From the NCBI GenBank assembly GCA_043228905.1, contig JBHGNT010000013.1:4278001-4342000 (forward strand): DNA of 64,000 bases. Direction: 5' to 3'. Below the pieces are notes generated by a model that saw only the letters and a program-made list of their open reading frames with translations, had not been told where the DNA came from and made no database searches. Position numbers and translations under genes: made by a program. Positions 51,950 to 64,000 of this stretch are shown here, piece after piece (positions within the stretch are counted from its first letter, which is position 1; every line of letters begins with the position of its first letter). The DNA comes from Azolla caroliniana (lineage: Eukaryota; Plantae; Polypodiophyta).

Positions 51950-52560
51950 AAATCAAAGGGCAATTAGGGCTTGATTGGTGTTTACGAGGTCATATTATGT
52001 CATTTTTACATTTGACTACTAATCTCTTGTATCATTACTTCATTGAGTCTCTCTATGGCTATCATCTAAGGGTGAACAATAATGGAAAATACATAACTTT
52101 GATTATGGATAGTGGCAAATCTTGAAATGTAGTTAGCATTCTAAATTGCCACTTGTAGCAGAATTCTTCATTTGGAGAGTTTTGATTGGGGGTTTGCCTT
52201 TGGGATTAGCTCTAAAGCGACGTGCCAAACTCACAATAGCTAATTGCTTCTTTTGCATTATTCAAGTGGAAGATAGTACTCATCGTTTTATAAAATGTCT
52301 ATTTTCTTGTCAAATCTGGAGTTACATTTCCCAAATTTGACAAGTTTTGGTATGATGTTAATTGACACCAAGACTATGTGTCTGTCTATTTTTGAGATAT
52401 CGAGGATTGCGTTATAATTAGGACATGTACAACGTTTTTGTATTTGATGGGAGGCACACCGTTAAAGCATATCAATGAAAGTTGAAGGGAGTGCTAATGC
52501 ACCTATTTTCTTTGTTGGAGTAAGTATAAAGTCTTTCCTATATGGAGTGGTTGTCATGCC
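51950..52560 (+). mobile_element. Decayed L1-clade LINE 3' remnant (zf-RVT domain)
   Basis: ORF 52146..52340 FFIWRVLIGGLP...CFFC...EDSTHRFIKC...IW matches the zf-RVT pattern. Boundaries approximate. Confidence 0.65.
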
Positions 52561-54598
52561 TATTAGCAAGTCAACATGTTCGACTACTAGTTTAATGATG
52601 ACCATTGTAGAGTTTTTCATAGAGATTTATTAATATAATATGTGTTTTCATGAGATAGATAGATAGATAGATTATATTATCATCTTCGGAGGTCAAATAT
52701 GACCTATGAGAACAAAATATTTACATTTCACGTGATACGTGTGAAAGTGAGTAGTGACTCTCGAAGTTCAAGAACTTACCAATGAATGTTGCAATCAAGA
52801 GTGCGCATTGTGATTGTGATTGAAATTCGTGCAAGGATTGAGCTTGGTCGAAGATGTGTGGAAAACATGGTCAAATATTATCAAAGGTCGAGCATTGTAT
52901 CAAAGTGTGATACTTAGACTCTCAAACTTGTTTAGGACAAAGTGTGCATAGTCGACCACTCTCATCACTTGTGCCCCAATGCCCCGTCTCACGTCGTAAT
53001 GCATGTGAGCTAAGTCGCATGGAAGCAATGGCTCGAATAAAAGCCAATGGAATGGGCTCTAACATGTATCGATGTGTACAGTTTCCCCATTCCATGAAGA
53101 ATATGGTTTTGTGGTTGGGTGCAACATATGTAGTATAATGTATGAAGCGGGAGTCTCCATATTTTCCCCATGTCATGATACATTGGTGCTGCAAAAAGGC
53201 CTCATTTACAGAGGAATCTAGTGATGCATCATGAAGCAAATGTGTTGCATCCCATCTACCAAACCACTTTTTCATATCTTGCATCCAACCAGAACACAAA
53301 ATTTTGCGTTTATGTGTCTTTTGGTCTTTTTGCTTCCTTTCCATGCAATTCTAGCAAGTTGATGTGAGGGACTTTTTTGAACCTTAAGCTTGTATTCAAC
53401 AACCATTTCCATGGCCAAGATCTCAATGGGATGTGATCCAGTCTCAAGGAGGAGGAGGATGTACGGTGTTTGTTTCTTAACTTGTAGAAACTTTGTAAGA
53501 AAATGTTTTTGGACATTTTCAAACTCTTTCCAAGTAGATTTAGGGATGCTATCACCCCATACTTCCACCCCATAGAGAAGCAGTGGTGTCGCCAAAGTAC
53601 CGAAAATGTATTTCTTGAGGACCCAACACTTAATATCTCCACGATTGCATGTGTTGTCAAATGCATAATATGCTCACTTTCCCCCCTCCAAGCGACGTGT
53701 AGCACATCATTCCATCTATGATTTGAAGGAACTTCAAGGCCAAGATATTTGAAGCTTTCCACACATTCAAGTGGCTCATTATTGTACATAATGCATGGTT
53801 TATCTCTTTTTTGGCTCTTCACAAGCATAATCTTTGTTTTAGAGCTATTAACACTTAATTTCATATGCATGCAAAAAATTCCATGCCTTAATAAGCTTTT
53901 GCGCATCTCCTAAAGTTTTTGCAAAAAGCACTACATCATCCACATATACAAAAGCATAATGACAACATTCCCAATTGCAACTTCTTCAACACCTTCTTCC
54001 TTTACAAACTTGGCAACCATTTCTTCCAATTCATCAATGCATAGACCAAATAGAAGTTGTTAAGGTTGGGCATCCTTGCTTCACACCAATTGTGTTATCG
54101 AAAAAAATTGAAAGTTTATCGCTCATACACACAACATATAACCTTCTCATATATTCAGAGATTGCAAGCATATATTCACTTGGCACCTTGAGTTGTTCCA
54201 CTCGCCTCCAAAGATGCTCACGAGGTACCATATGAAAAGATTTCTTAAAGTCTACGAAGCAACAATATTAACCTTTACCTCCACGATGACTTTCCTACAT
54301 TAATACTCAAAGGGTGACAAGGTGATCAATGGTGCTATGGTGTTTTCGAAATCCAGCTTGTCCATAAGCTTTCTTACCCTTTTTTTTTAGCCCATGCAAT
54401 TATCTTTGATTCCATTATACATACAAATAGTTTTGCCATTAGTGAGCCAACCATGATGGTTCAATAGTTGTTTACGTTATTTACATCTCCACCTTTATGT
54501 AAAGGTTTGATCCAATTTGTAGTCCAATCATATGGCATACCATGTTGCAATGCATGATTAAACATATCTCTTATCCATGCATGTGCTTCCTTTCCGGT

Positions 54599-54764
54599 CC
54601 ATTTGAGCATTTCTGCCTTTATACATTGAAGATCACTTGCCTTTCCAGAGGCCAATTTCTTAAGTCCTATGCATATATCTTCCATTTGAGCATTTTTGCC
54701 TTTATACATTGAAGATCACTTGACTTTCCAGAGGCCAATTTCTTAAGTCCTATGCATATATCTT
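54599..54764. repeat. ~83-bp tandem duplication in LINE ORF2
   Basis: CCATTTGAGCATTT...TATGCATATATCTT x2. Confidence 0.85.
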
Positions 54765-54879
54765 CGATTGTAAAGAAGGGAGACATATGTGAAAGAGAAC
54801 CATAACACATCATCTTTCCGACAAGAGATAGCTAATATAGATTCTTACAATACATATACAAGTCAAGAAGAGTTAAGTC

Positions 54880-57800
54880 TGTCAGGGTCGTAGCCAAAGA
54901 CAATTTTAAAATGAAGAAAAGATTGAGAACTAGAAAAAAAGAAGTGAATGAGAGAGAAATAAGATGTTGAAAATGTATTAGCAATGTGAATAAGGGTTAC
55001 AATAACAATGAGAACAAGGGTTACAAGAGTATGCCAAAGACTGGTGTTGAACCGGAATGGTTCATCAATACTTCGATACATGTTTATATAGCATGCTTTG
55101 GATACATGCATGCTTGCCACCTCATAGGCACACATTATCGCCATTTGGCATTCATGCATGCTTGCCACCTCATTGGCACACATTATCGCCATTTGGCATT
55201 CATGCAAGCATGACACTTGGTAATCATGCGTTAGCCTATGCGGTAGCGACGTTTCATAATATTATATATGTTTTTTCTTGATCTAATACAAGAATTTATA
55301 ATTTAATATATATAATATAATGTATCCTAGCGGTTGAAGCTACACATCACAATTAAGGAGGTCATGGGTTCGAATCTTAGTTATGAGTCTTGGATTTTTG
55401 GTATATGTTCATGACATTATCCCCTTCCTTTGACGACGAGTTCCACGAATCGTAATGCACAAACTAGGAGTTGGGTTATTTAAATATCATTGATGAAATT
55501 CAACTACAAGTTTTTTGGTATTATTGAGTGTTTCAGCTAGCTCCCACGTTCGATCTACAGGTGTATAACCGAATCAATCAACAAAATAATACAATTTGCT
55601 CTTCACAACTTTGGAGTCCAAAATGGATTTCACTTCATATTCTAGGCCTTCATCAAGCTCAATAGGAGGTAGAGGGGGAACAATGCAATCTGGAAAAGAG
55701 TTTGAAGCATAAGGCTCCAAGAGTGAGACATGGAACACTAGATGAAGACGCATATGAGGAGGGAGATCGCAATGAAAAACAACTTCATTGATTTGTTTAG
55801 TGATTAAATATGGACCAAGGCGTTGATAATCCACCTTGTCACAAGGCCTAGTGGTCTTCACATTACATAGTAAGAGCCATACACGATCTCCAACTTGAAA
55901 TTTGGGTTTTTATGGTGATGAGTTACGTTGATGGCGATCTGGAAATTTCTTATGGGTGTAATGAGCATGATGTAAATGATGAGAAAGAGCAATATGAATT
56001 TCTTGGATATGACCTATGTGATCCTCCGCACTAGGGTTTTTCAAGATTTTTGGGTGGTCAAGCATTATCCAACGAGGATGAGCACCCATGTTGGCAAAGA
56101 AGGGAGTAAGTTTGGAAGAAGAATGAATTGAATTATTGTAAGAAAATTGCGCAAAATGTAAATAATCTACCCAATCATCCTGTTGATAATTGATGAAGCA
56201 ACGAAGGTATTGTTCCAAGGTTTGATTGGTACGTTCGGTTTGATCATTAGTCTCTAGATGATAGCTTGAAGAGAGTTTACAATCAATTTGGAGGAGCCCA
56301 AACAAGTGTTTCCAAAATGTCAAGATAAATTGTGGTCCTTGATCACTAATGATATCATTAGGAAGACCATGATACCGAAACACTTCACGCATAACCAAAT
56401 CTGTTGTCTCTTGACTATTAATAGTCTTTGTGCATGGTAGAAAATGTGCCATCTTAGTGAACCAATCTACAACAGTAAGGATGGAATCAAAACCTTTGGA
56501 AGATGGAAGATAAGTAATGAAATCCATAGATATAGACTTCTAGCGACCATCAAGAACTTGTAAGGGTTGGAGTAAACCATACGGTCGATGCCAAGGACAC
56601 TTGGACTGACGACATGCATCACAATTGCGAATGTAGTTCTCAACATAATTATGAAGATGCGGCCATCAATCATTTTTAGAAACTAATTCCAAAGTTTTGT
56701 GAACTCCAAAATGTCCGACCATTGGCATGTCATGGCAGTGTTGTAAAATAAGGAGTCGAGAACGGCCATCAGGGACATAAAGTAAATTATTTCAGAAAAG
56801 TAAATTGTCATGTCAACTAAACTGATTATAATCTTTACGAGAATTCACGGACCTTGAACAAGAAGCATGATCTGGAATGATATGATTCAAGACATCTTGT
56901 GTAAATTCGTCTGCTTCAAGATCAGTATGAATCGTACTAATAAGTATCGAGTCTGTGGGCATCTTAAAAGCATTAGTGACCATCACTTGTAAATGATTAG
57001 GACCAAGGAGGATCTGCTTTTGATGATCAAAAGTAGGTTCCCCTAAATTGGGTGCCATGTAGGAACATCGAGATAGCACATCCAGCTTTCCCTAGTGTAT
57101 TATGGGGCAATACACGATCAAGAAATCAAAGCGTGTAAGAAATTGTGCCCAACGATCCTGTTGGCGATTTAAGACTCGAGCATTCGGGAAATACGTTAGG
57201 TTCTTGTTATCATTATAGACAATGATTTGATGGGGAGAACCTTCCAAGAAGTGGCGCCAATGCTCAAAAGAGTCTACAATAGCCAAAAGCTCCTTGTTGT
57301 GAATCTCATAATTAATTTCCGCAGCTTCAAATTTCTGTGAATGAAAAGCAACTAGATATAATAGCCCGTTTTCTTTGGGTTGTGAGAGGGCACTCCCGAG
57401 TGCAAACTCAGATGCATCAGCTTCCAAAATTAAAGACTTTTCTTGTTCATCATGGATAAAAATAGGAGTTGATGTGAATGCACGTTTTAAGCTTTCGAAT
57501 GCCTCAACTGCACTAGAATTCCATATGAATGGTTGGTTTTTAGTGTTAATTATGTAAGAGGCAAAACCTTCTTTGAGTAGTTCCTCATAAATTTGCGGTA
57601 AAAATTCACAAATCCCAAGAAACACTAGACATCACACACAGATTGTGGTGTTTCGGACTCTAGAATTGTTTGCACCTTTGCTGGATCCATAGATATTCCT
57701 TCTGGTGATATTATGTACCACTTGGTTGAGATCAAAACTACATTTCTCGAGTTTAGCATAGAGACCATATTCTTGTAATTGTCGTAGAACTTGGCGTACA

Positions 57801-60318
57801 TGTTCATCATGTTCTTCTTGAGTCTTGGAAAATATCAAGATATCATCTAAATAAATGATGGTGAATATATCCAAGAAGTCTCGGAAAATATCATTGGCCA
57901 TATGCTGAAAAACCGCAGGAGCATTTGTGAGACTGAAAGGCATAACTGTATACTCAAAATGCCCATATCGAATGCGAAATGCAGTTTTCCCTTCATCAAC
58001 CGGACGAATTCGAACTAGATTATAAGCACCTCTAAGATCGATCTTTGTAAAGTATTTGGCTCCACTCAACCGCTCCAAAAGTGTTGGTATTAAAGGTAAG
58101 GCATACCTGTTTCGAATTGTGATTTTGTTTAATCCTTGATAATCTATGACCAAACGAAGCGATCCACCTTTCTTCTTGACAAAAAAATATTGGTGTGTCA
58201 ATAGGAGATTTGGAATGACGAATAAATCCAATAGCTAAATTTTCATCTATATAGTCGCGAAGAACCGTGAGCTCTACAGGTGATGTTTTCCTGGTTGAAG
58301 ATCAATAGGACAATCGTAAGGTCGATGTTCAAGGAGTCTAGCACTTTTTCCTTATTGAAGACATCTTGGAATTCTTGATACTTGGCTGGAAGTAAGGTAC
58401 TCGACTTTTGTTGAGTTGGTGTTGGCATTGTTATTATCACAAATATGAACATTTCTTCTTTCTACCCCTCTTTGCGTAAGTTTTCCAGACATATTGTTGA
58501 GATCTTGTGGCACTCTAAATTTCAATAGGGAAATTTGATATGTGGTTTTTCTTGGATTTTAGGATAACTCGTTTCCTCCGATCAATTTGGGGGTTGTGAA
58601 GCTCAAACCAAGGTAGACCAAGGACAATCGGATGCTCAAGTCTATGTATGATATTGAATGAGATGACACAAGCTAAATCATTGAGAACTACATGAACTAA
58701 TTCAAACTCTTCAGTTATGTCTCTAGAGGCAATGGATCGACCATCTATGACTGTGACTAATACTAGATTTGCAATGGTTTTAATAAGATATTATGTGTCA
58801 AGGCAAAATTTTGGTCCATGAAACAAGAGTTGGCTCCTGAATCTAAGAGAGCATATGCAAAGACCCGATGACATCTAGAGGTACTAACCTCAACTTGTGC
58901 CGCAAAAACCCTATTAACTTGGTTCGATGAAATGGAACCATTACTATGGATTGACGCTACAAATGATGGGTTATCCAACCAAATGGCTCCCTATTTTGGC
59001 TGGATTTACTCGTTTAACACCTCATCTAGTTGGCTAAGTACTTTAAAACGATTTAAAGGTGTAGGGATACTAGGATTGCTAAATGCATTTGGAGAATCAA
59101 GATCCAATTTAGTACTAGCACTTGGAAATCGAGAAGCAAGTCCTTGTCGAAATTGATCCATCAATGCCTCTTCGTCCCAAGGAATGTCACATGCAAGAAG
59201 GTGAAAATCAGCCGCATAGGCTGAGGCTAGGCGATCCCCTTGTCATAACCTTCGAATCTTAGTAATAGTTGTTCTCATGCTATCGGTATCTCCAAAACAA
59301 GCTTGTAACTCTTTAATAAACTCATCAAAATTATCCAAAATATGGCACTTTTTCTCGAGTAACGGCGTAAACCAAGCCAATGTTGTAATAGGCAATAGAG
59401 TCCCGACCAACCCTACTCGTGCCGCATCCGTTGGATATCGAGTGGGATGCATTTGAAATACTAGATGTACCTGATTTAGAAATACTCGAAATTGTGATCG
59501 AGTACCATCAAACTTCAATGGGAGACTAATCTTGGGTTCTTTTGTCGAATTTGGTGCTTGTAATGCTTGTTGTCACAATGTTATTATTGTTGTTTCAAGT
59601 TGGTGAACCCTTTGAGTTAATTCTTCATGTTGTTGAGCTTTCTCGACATTCATTTGTTGTAAATCCCCGAGCAACCTTTGATTCTCTTGCTCCAAACCAA
59701 GGCTATGAACTTGGTGCTCAAGCGTTTAAGATCACCTAGAACGCGCATATATTCTTGTTCACTTACTACTGCCATGGTTATGAGAAGATAGGATGAGATG
59801 TTCCTTGGAAAAAAAGATTACAATGAAGAAGGTTATGGATTCCGGTTCAAATTGTCAAGGTCGTAGCCAAAGACAAGTTTTAAATGAAGAAAACAATGAG
59901 AAGTAGAAAATAAGAAAGGAATGAGAGAGAAATAAGATGTTGAAAATGTATTAGCAATGAGAACAAGGGTTACAAGAGTATGCTGAAGATTGGCGTTGAA
60001 CCGGAATGCTTCATCAATACTTTGATACATGTTTATATAGCATGCTTTGGATACATCCATGCTCGCCACCTCATAGGCACGCATGATCGGCGTTTGGCAT
60101 TCATGCAAGCATGCCACTTGGTAATCATGCGTTAGCCTATGTGGTGGCGACGTTTCATAATATTATATATGTTTCTTCCTGATCTAATATAAGAATTTAT
60201 AATTTAATGTATGTAATATAATGTATCCTAATGGTTGAAGTTACACCATCATCTTTGAGGAGGTCATGGGTTTGCATTTTTATTACGAGTCTTGGAGTTT
60301 TGGTATATGTTCATGACA
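54880..60318 (-). mobile_element. Tcn1-like chromovirus (Ty3/Gypsy) element G with normal direct LTRs, defective
   Basis: LTRs 54880-55416 (with internal duplications) and 59853-60318. TSD AAGTC at 54875-54879 and 60319-60323. PPT GGAAGGGGATAA. gag, PR LLDSGA, RT YLDD, RH DASEFALG, IN MDFI, chromodomain EYEVKSILDSK. Confidence 0.95.
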
Positions 60319-61037
60319 AAGTCACCATAACACTCGACACGTTTCTACTTTAGATTCCCCAAAATATAGCACATGCATGCATTTTCTCTTGCATTTGGAG
60401 AAATTGTTGAGTAACTTCCCATATTCTTCTCTTTCTTTGAGTAAGCCTTTTGTACTCATGCAAATGTTTTTGGTAATTTTCCTTATCCTTAACTACATCC
60501 AAAATCATAAGGCACTTTCGAGCTTCATGACATTCTTTATCAAACCATTTTTTCTTTGAACTACATTTCTTGATGCATTTCCAAGATGTGAGCTTGGTCG
60601 AACAACATTTCTTTGCACATGAGAGAATGACTTTCTTAAAAGCTTCCCATTTGCATTCTAGTGTGGCACTATGTTGTATCTTTTTCATTTGTAACATATC
60701 CTCAACAATCTTGGTGCACATGGGCGCTCGCTTAAGGTTCATCCTCAAGTGGGGTTGTTTATTATCTTCAATGGTCTTCTCACAATCAAACCTATGCATA
60801 CATTTGAGTTCAATACATAAAGCTCTATGATCTGATTCCCATGTCCATTCACCAAGTGAGAACTTATGTATACGATCCAATATACCTTCAAAAAGTAGCA
60901 CATAGTCAATTACACTATTTCCATTGTATTTTCTACATGTAAAACCATCAGTGTTGGGCCATAAGGAAACACCATTTTGCAATAAGAAATTCGGTACTAT
61001 TGCACATTTGTAGGAGTAACTTTCCAAATTGGTCCGG

Positions 61038-61680
61038 TGTCGTGAAGATGTTTTACTACGGTGGGGAAGCCGGGTGGAGCGAATAAAATGGAGATGTGCA
61101 CCGTTTGCACATCCTCCTCAATAAAATGTAGATACTAATGAGAAAAGGAGGGGTGTAAGGGGAGGAATATTTGGCCTCCCACATTGTTAGGTCCCTCTCT
61201 CCTTGAACTATAAAAGGAGGTGAGGGGGCTCTTCTTAAAGGGTCGCCCATTTTGAGTTAGGATGATGTACCGTTAGATCTAGGGTTTGGTAGTTTTCTCT
61301 TCTTCTTCTTCTTATTTTGTGTGATCTAGGTTTCATGAGTTTGGGGGGTTTGGGTCTCACCTTCTTCTTGGTTGAGTTAGGGTTTTGGTTTCAGGTTCCT
61401 ACAATGGCGGCCCTTCGGCATTCCGGTGGCGGCATTTGGTGGCTCGACTTCTTCTCCTCAATGGAGAGCATTTCGTGTGGTGGCCGGTTCAAGAAGGGAG
61501 GGTGAAGTGGCACAGGAACACTCCATCTTCGAGGCGTGACCAACGGTGGATGTCATGGTTCCGACAGCCCACTTGACTTGTCTTCGCCAATTCTCATTCG
61601 TTAACTTGTATTTAGCCAATTGTTTTGTAATAGCCATCGGATTTGTGGCATGTAAGCCATCTTGTTGTAAAGAATTTGTA

Positions 61681-61717
<37 letters not shown>

Positions 61718-61992
61718 TTGGTATATCCCTCTTCTATTTTAATCTGTTTGAGAGTCCTTAATCACAGCTAATCGTCTTGTTGAAACCAGAATCTTCATCA
61801 ATTGGAAACCGATCCGGCCGGAATCCGATCCAGTTGTAACTGGTCGTAGCCGATCTGGTCGAGAATCGCGCAGCCAGAAGCCAACGAGCCAAAGACCCAT
61901 CAAGCACGAGACCTTCACCCCCCTTTCAATCCCTAGTTCGAGACCCCCATGGTCCCGCCCAAGCCGACACATACACGCAGATACCAGCGACA
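61038..61992 (+). mobile_element. Probable solo LTR H (955 bp) inserted in the LINE endonuclease region
   Basis: TGTCG...CGACA terminal inverted pentamer, TATA box at ~61209 and a (TA)n tract. The LINE reading frame resumes on both sides. No clean TSD. Confidence 0.7.
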
Positions 61993-62615
61993 CTATATCT
62001 TTTTCATCGCCAGAAGAGCGGTTATACATTTGTATACCCTCTTGCATCCTTGAGATGTGTGGCATGAAAGATTGTTCTGCTTCAATTTGGAAACTTCTTG
62101 TACATGCATTCATGTCACCAAAGACAAAAGCTTCCTCTTTGGATTTGAAATAAGCAATATCATTTTCTAGATTGGCAAAAGGTTGATCTTTATCCAAACA
62201 AGCATAAAAGTTAGAATCTTGATGAGGAATGTAACATCCAACTACAAAAGTGGGCAAATCATTAGGTGTTTCTATTTTGAGCCATATATAGCATTTATGT
62301 TCATCATTTTTTATGATTGACACATATTTCTGTATTTCCCCCTTAATCAAACATGCCACCCCTCCTTGTCCTCTTCTTTGTCTTGGACTTTTTTCCCATA
62401 TCAAAGAGTGTACATTATAGTTTCCTAAACCTTGAATCCTTTGAGTATCATGCTCCCATGTTTCAACAAGAAGTGTGATATCCGAGTCATCGGTGAACTC
62501 CTCTATACCAAATCCCGCATTCCATGGGTATCCATTGTAGGGCCATTGGGGGGCCATTGCAATTCCAAAAGCATAGTCATAAAAGACGTGGGTTAGTCTC
62601 ACAGGACATGTGTTC

Positions 62616-63299
62616 CTATTTGCCTACATTTCCATCTTTAGGCACATCCTTAACCTTATTTCCCAATATTTCTTCATATGCTTTATGACGGGCATTTTTT
62701 TGTGAGGTAGTACTATCTTCACTCACAAAGCATTTTGTACCTTTGAGGTATACCCAACTATTTTCGAGTATTATTCGCCGCTTTGTATCATCCGTCATTG
62801 TGTACACAATAGGCCTTTCTCCGGAGCGAGTAATACCATGTTTCCCAACTCGATGTGCCCCATATCCATTCACATCTGACATACCATAATGCATGCTAAA
62901 AATTTCACCAATGGCCTTTCTGAGGGATGCGGGTGTTTCCACACTCTCCTCTTTAATCCCACAAATGACAATGTTCTTTGATCGTTGTTCACATTCTTTC
63001 AATTCTCGAGCATCTATGCTTTCTATATTATTCTCTTGATTCATCACATGCATAATAAATGAGTTTGATACCAGATCCCCACCACATCAATCAGCCCATG
63101 ACTTCGTTGTGCGTACATTTTTCATCTCACTTATATCCCGCCGCATTGTATCCATTTTTTCTTCTTTTAGTGCTTCCTTTAACTCAATCTTGTTGAGGCG
63201 CTCATTTGTTTCTAAAGAAGCTCTTTTACCTTCTTGATTCTCTTCTTCAAATTTTGAACCATTTTCCATTCTCAATGACAACTATTTGGAGCGTAGCAT
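62616..63299 (-). pseudogene. LINE ORF1 (coiled coil plus RRM-like RNA-binding domain), disrupted
   Basis: RSKNIVICGIKE...AHRVGK...RPIV...FVSED, the typical ORF1 pattern of CR1/L2/RTEX-type LINEs; internal stops. Confidence 0.75.
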
Positions 63300-63665
63300 T
63301 CTCTTTCATTAGTATCCTAATCTCTTAACCTTACTTGTTTATGGTTTCTTGAAGAGAAATCTAGTGACTCATAATCATTTTGTCTAGTGTGGCCGAGTTT
63401 ATTGCATTGGCGTCAAGAATCATAGGTGATCTTGGCTCATTATAAATCATACTCCCACTTTTTGTGGCCTCCTTACGAGTGTTTGCCATTCTAGGACCAA
63501 ACCCTTTCAATCGATTTAGGGTTTCAAAATCAACCTTGAGTTGGAGGAACCGTGGGACAAAGAGGGTTGTGAACGAAAATGCTCACAACATCTCATAACA
63601 TTCTTTAGAAATCTCTCTAAACGAACTTTCCAACAAGCTATAGAACACAAAACACACACACACAC

Positions 63666-63796
63666 AAAGAAAGAAAGAAAGAAAGATATATTAACGTCTT
63701 CTAAGGCCAAATTTGGCCCATGAGACAATTGGTTTACAAAAAAATGGGATATTTACCCATTCATTGAAAGTAAAAATAAAATAAATTAAAAATAGA
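63666..63796 (-). mobile_element. Short non-LTR element, copy 2
   Basis: Near-identical to 250..378; (TTTC)n tail abuts a (TG)n tract. Confidence 0.65.
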
Positions 63797-64000
63797 TCTT
63801 AAGATAAATAGTTCTAGTAAATAACAAACATGTTCTACAATGAAATGGCTTTATACTAGGCCTAGTTTCAACTTCATCTAAGTCTCTCGAAAAGAAGCGA
63901 TAGGTCAAAGGGTTTCGATGTGGACGTGACCCCCCGTGGTCCCAATGTAGAAGGTACCCCAACCATAACTTCTAGTCAGCGTAGCTCACGTTGTCGTGAT

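Larger units (their letters stand above)
52652..63300 (-). mobile_element. Near full-length two-ORF LINE (RTEX/CR1-group-like), interrupted by G and H
   Basis: ORF1 63299-62616. APE endonuclease (WNAG, LLVETW, GGVACL, GDMNA, SDH) at 62600-60830. RT (GVKQGCP, LYVDD region) at 54870-53900. C-terminal RLSSHAL..ETG..CTLC. (ATCT)n tail at 52652-52672. The 5' end is not defined. Confidence 0.9.

Noticed and set aside
63845-63886. Minimal hammerhead-ribozyme-like motif on the minus strand (GATGA-AGTT-GAAA-CTAGGCCTAG-TA)
   Set aside because: The core lacks the conserved C3-U4 and stem I pairs poorly; reconsider only if other genomic copies show CTGATGA

Overview
Plant nuclear DNA. A non-seed land plant, probably a fern, is inferred from the Tcn1-like self-priming chromoviruses and an RTEX/CR1-group-like LINE. 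Two intact, convergent, multi-exon genes are present: an 11-exon PWI + RRM RNA-binding protein (2689..12716, +, 829 aa) and a 10-exon plastid shikimate-kinase-like gene resembling SKL1 (35557..39467, -, 266 aa). Most of the rest is nested retrotransposons: five Copia elements, two Tcn1-like Gypsy elements, solo LTRs, two copies of one LINE family, and a short element that shares the LINE's 3' hairpin. The most unusual object is a 3.35-kb Gypsy element (22754..26102). Its two ends are INVERTED copies of the LTR, joined to truncated RT at a TAGTACTA palindrome, yet it is flanked by a perfect 5-bp target-site duplication. All coordinates and alignments were read by eye; no database searches were run.
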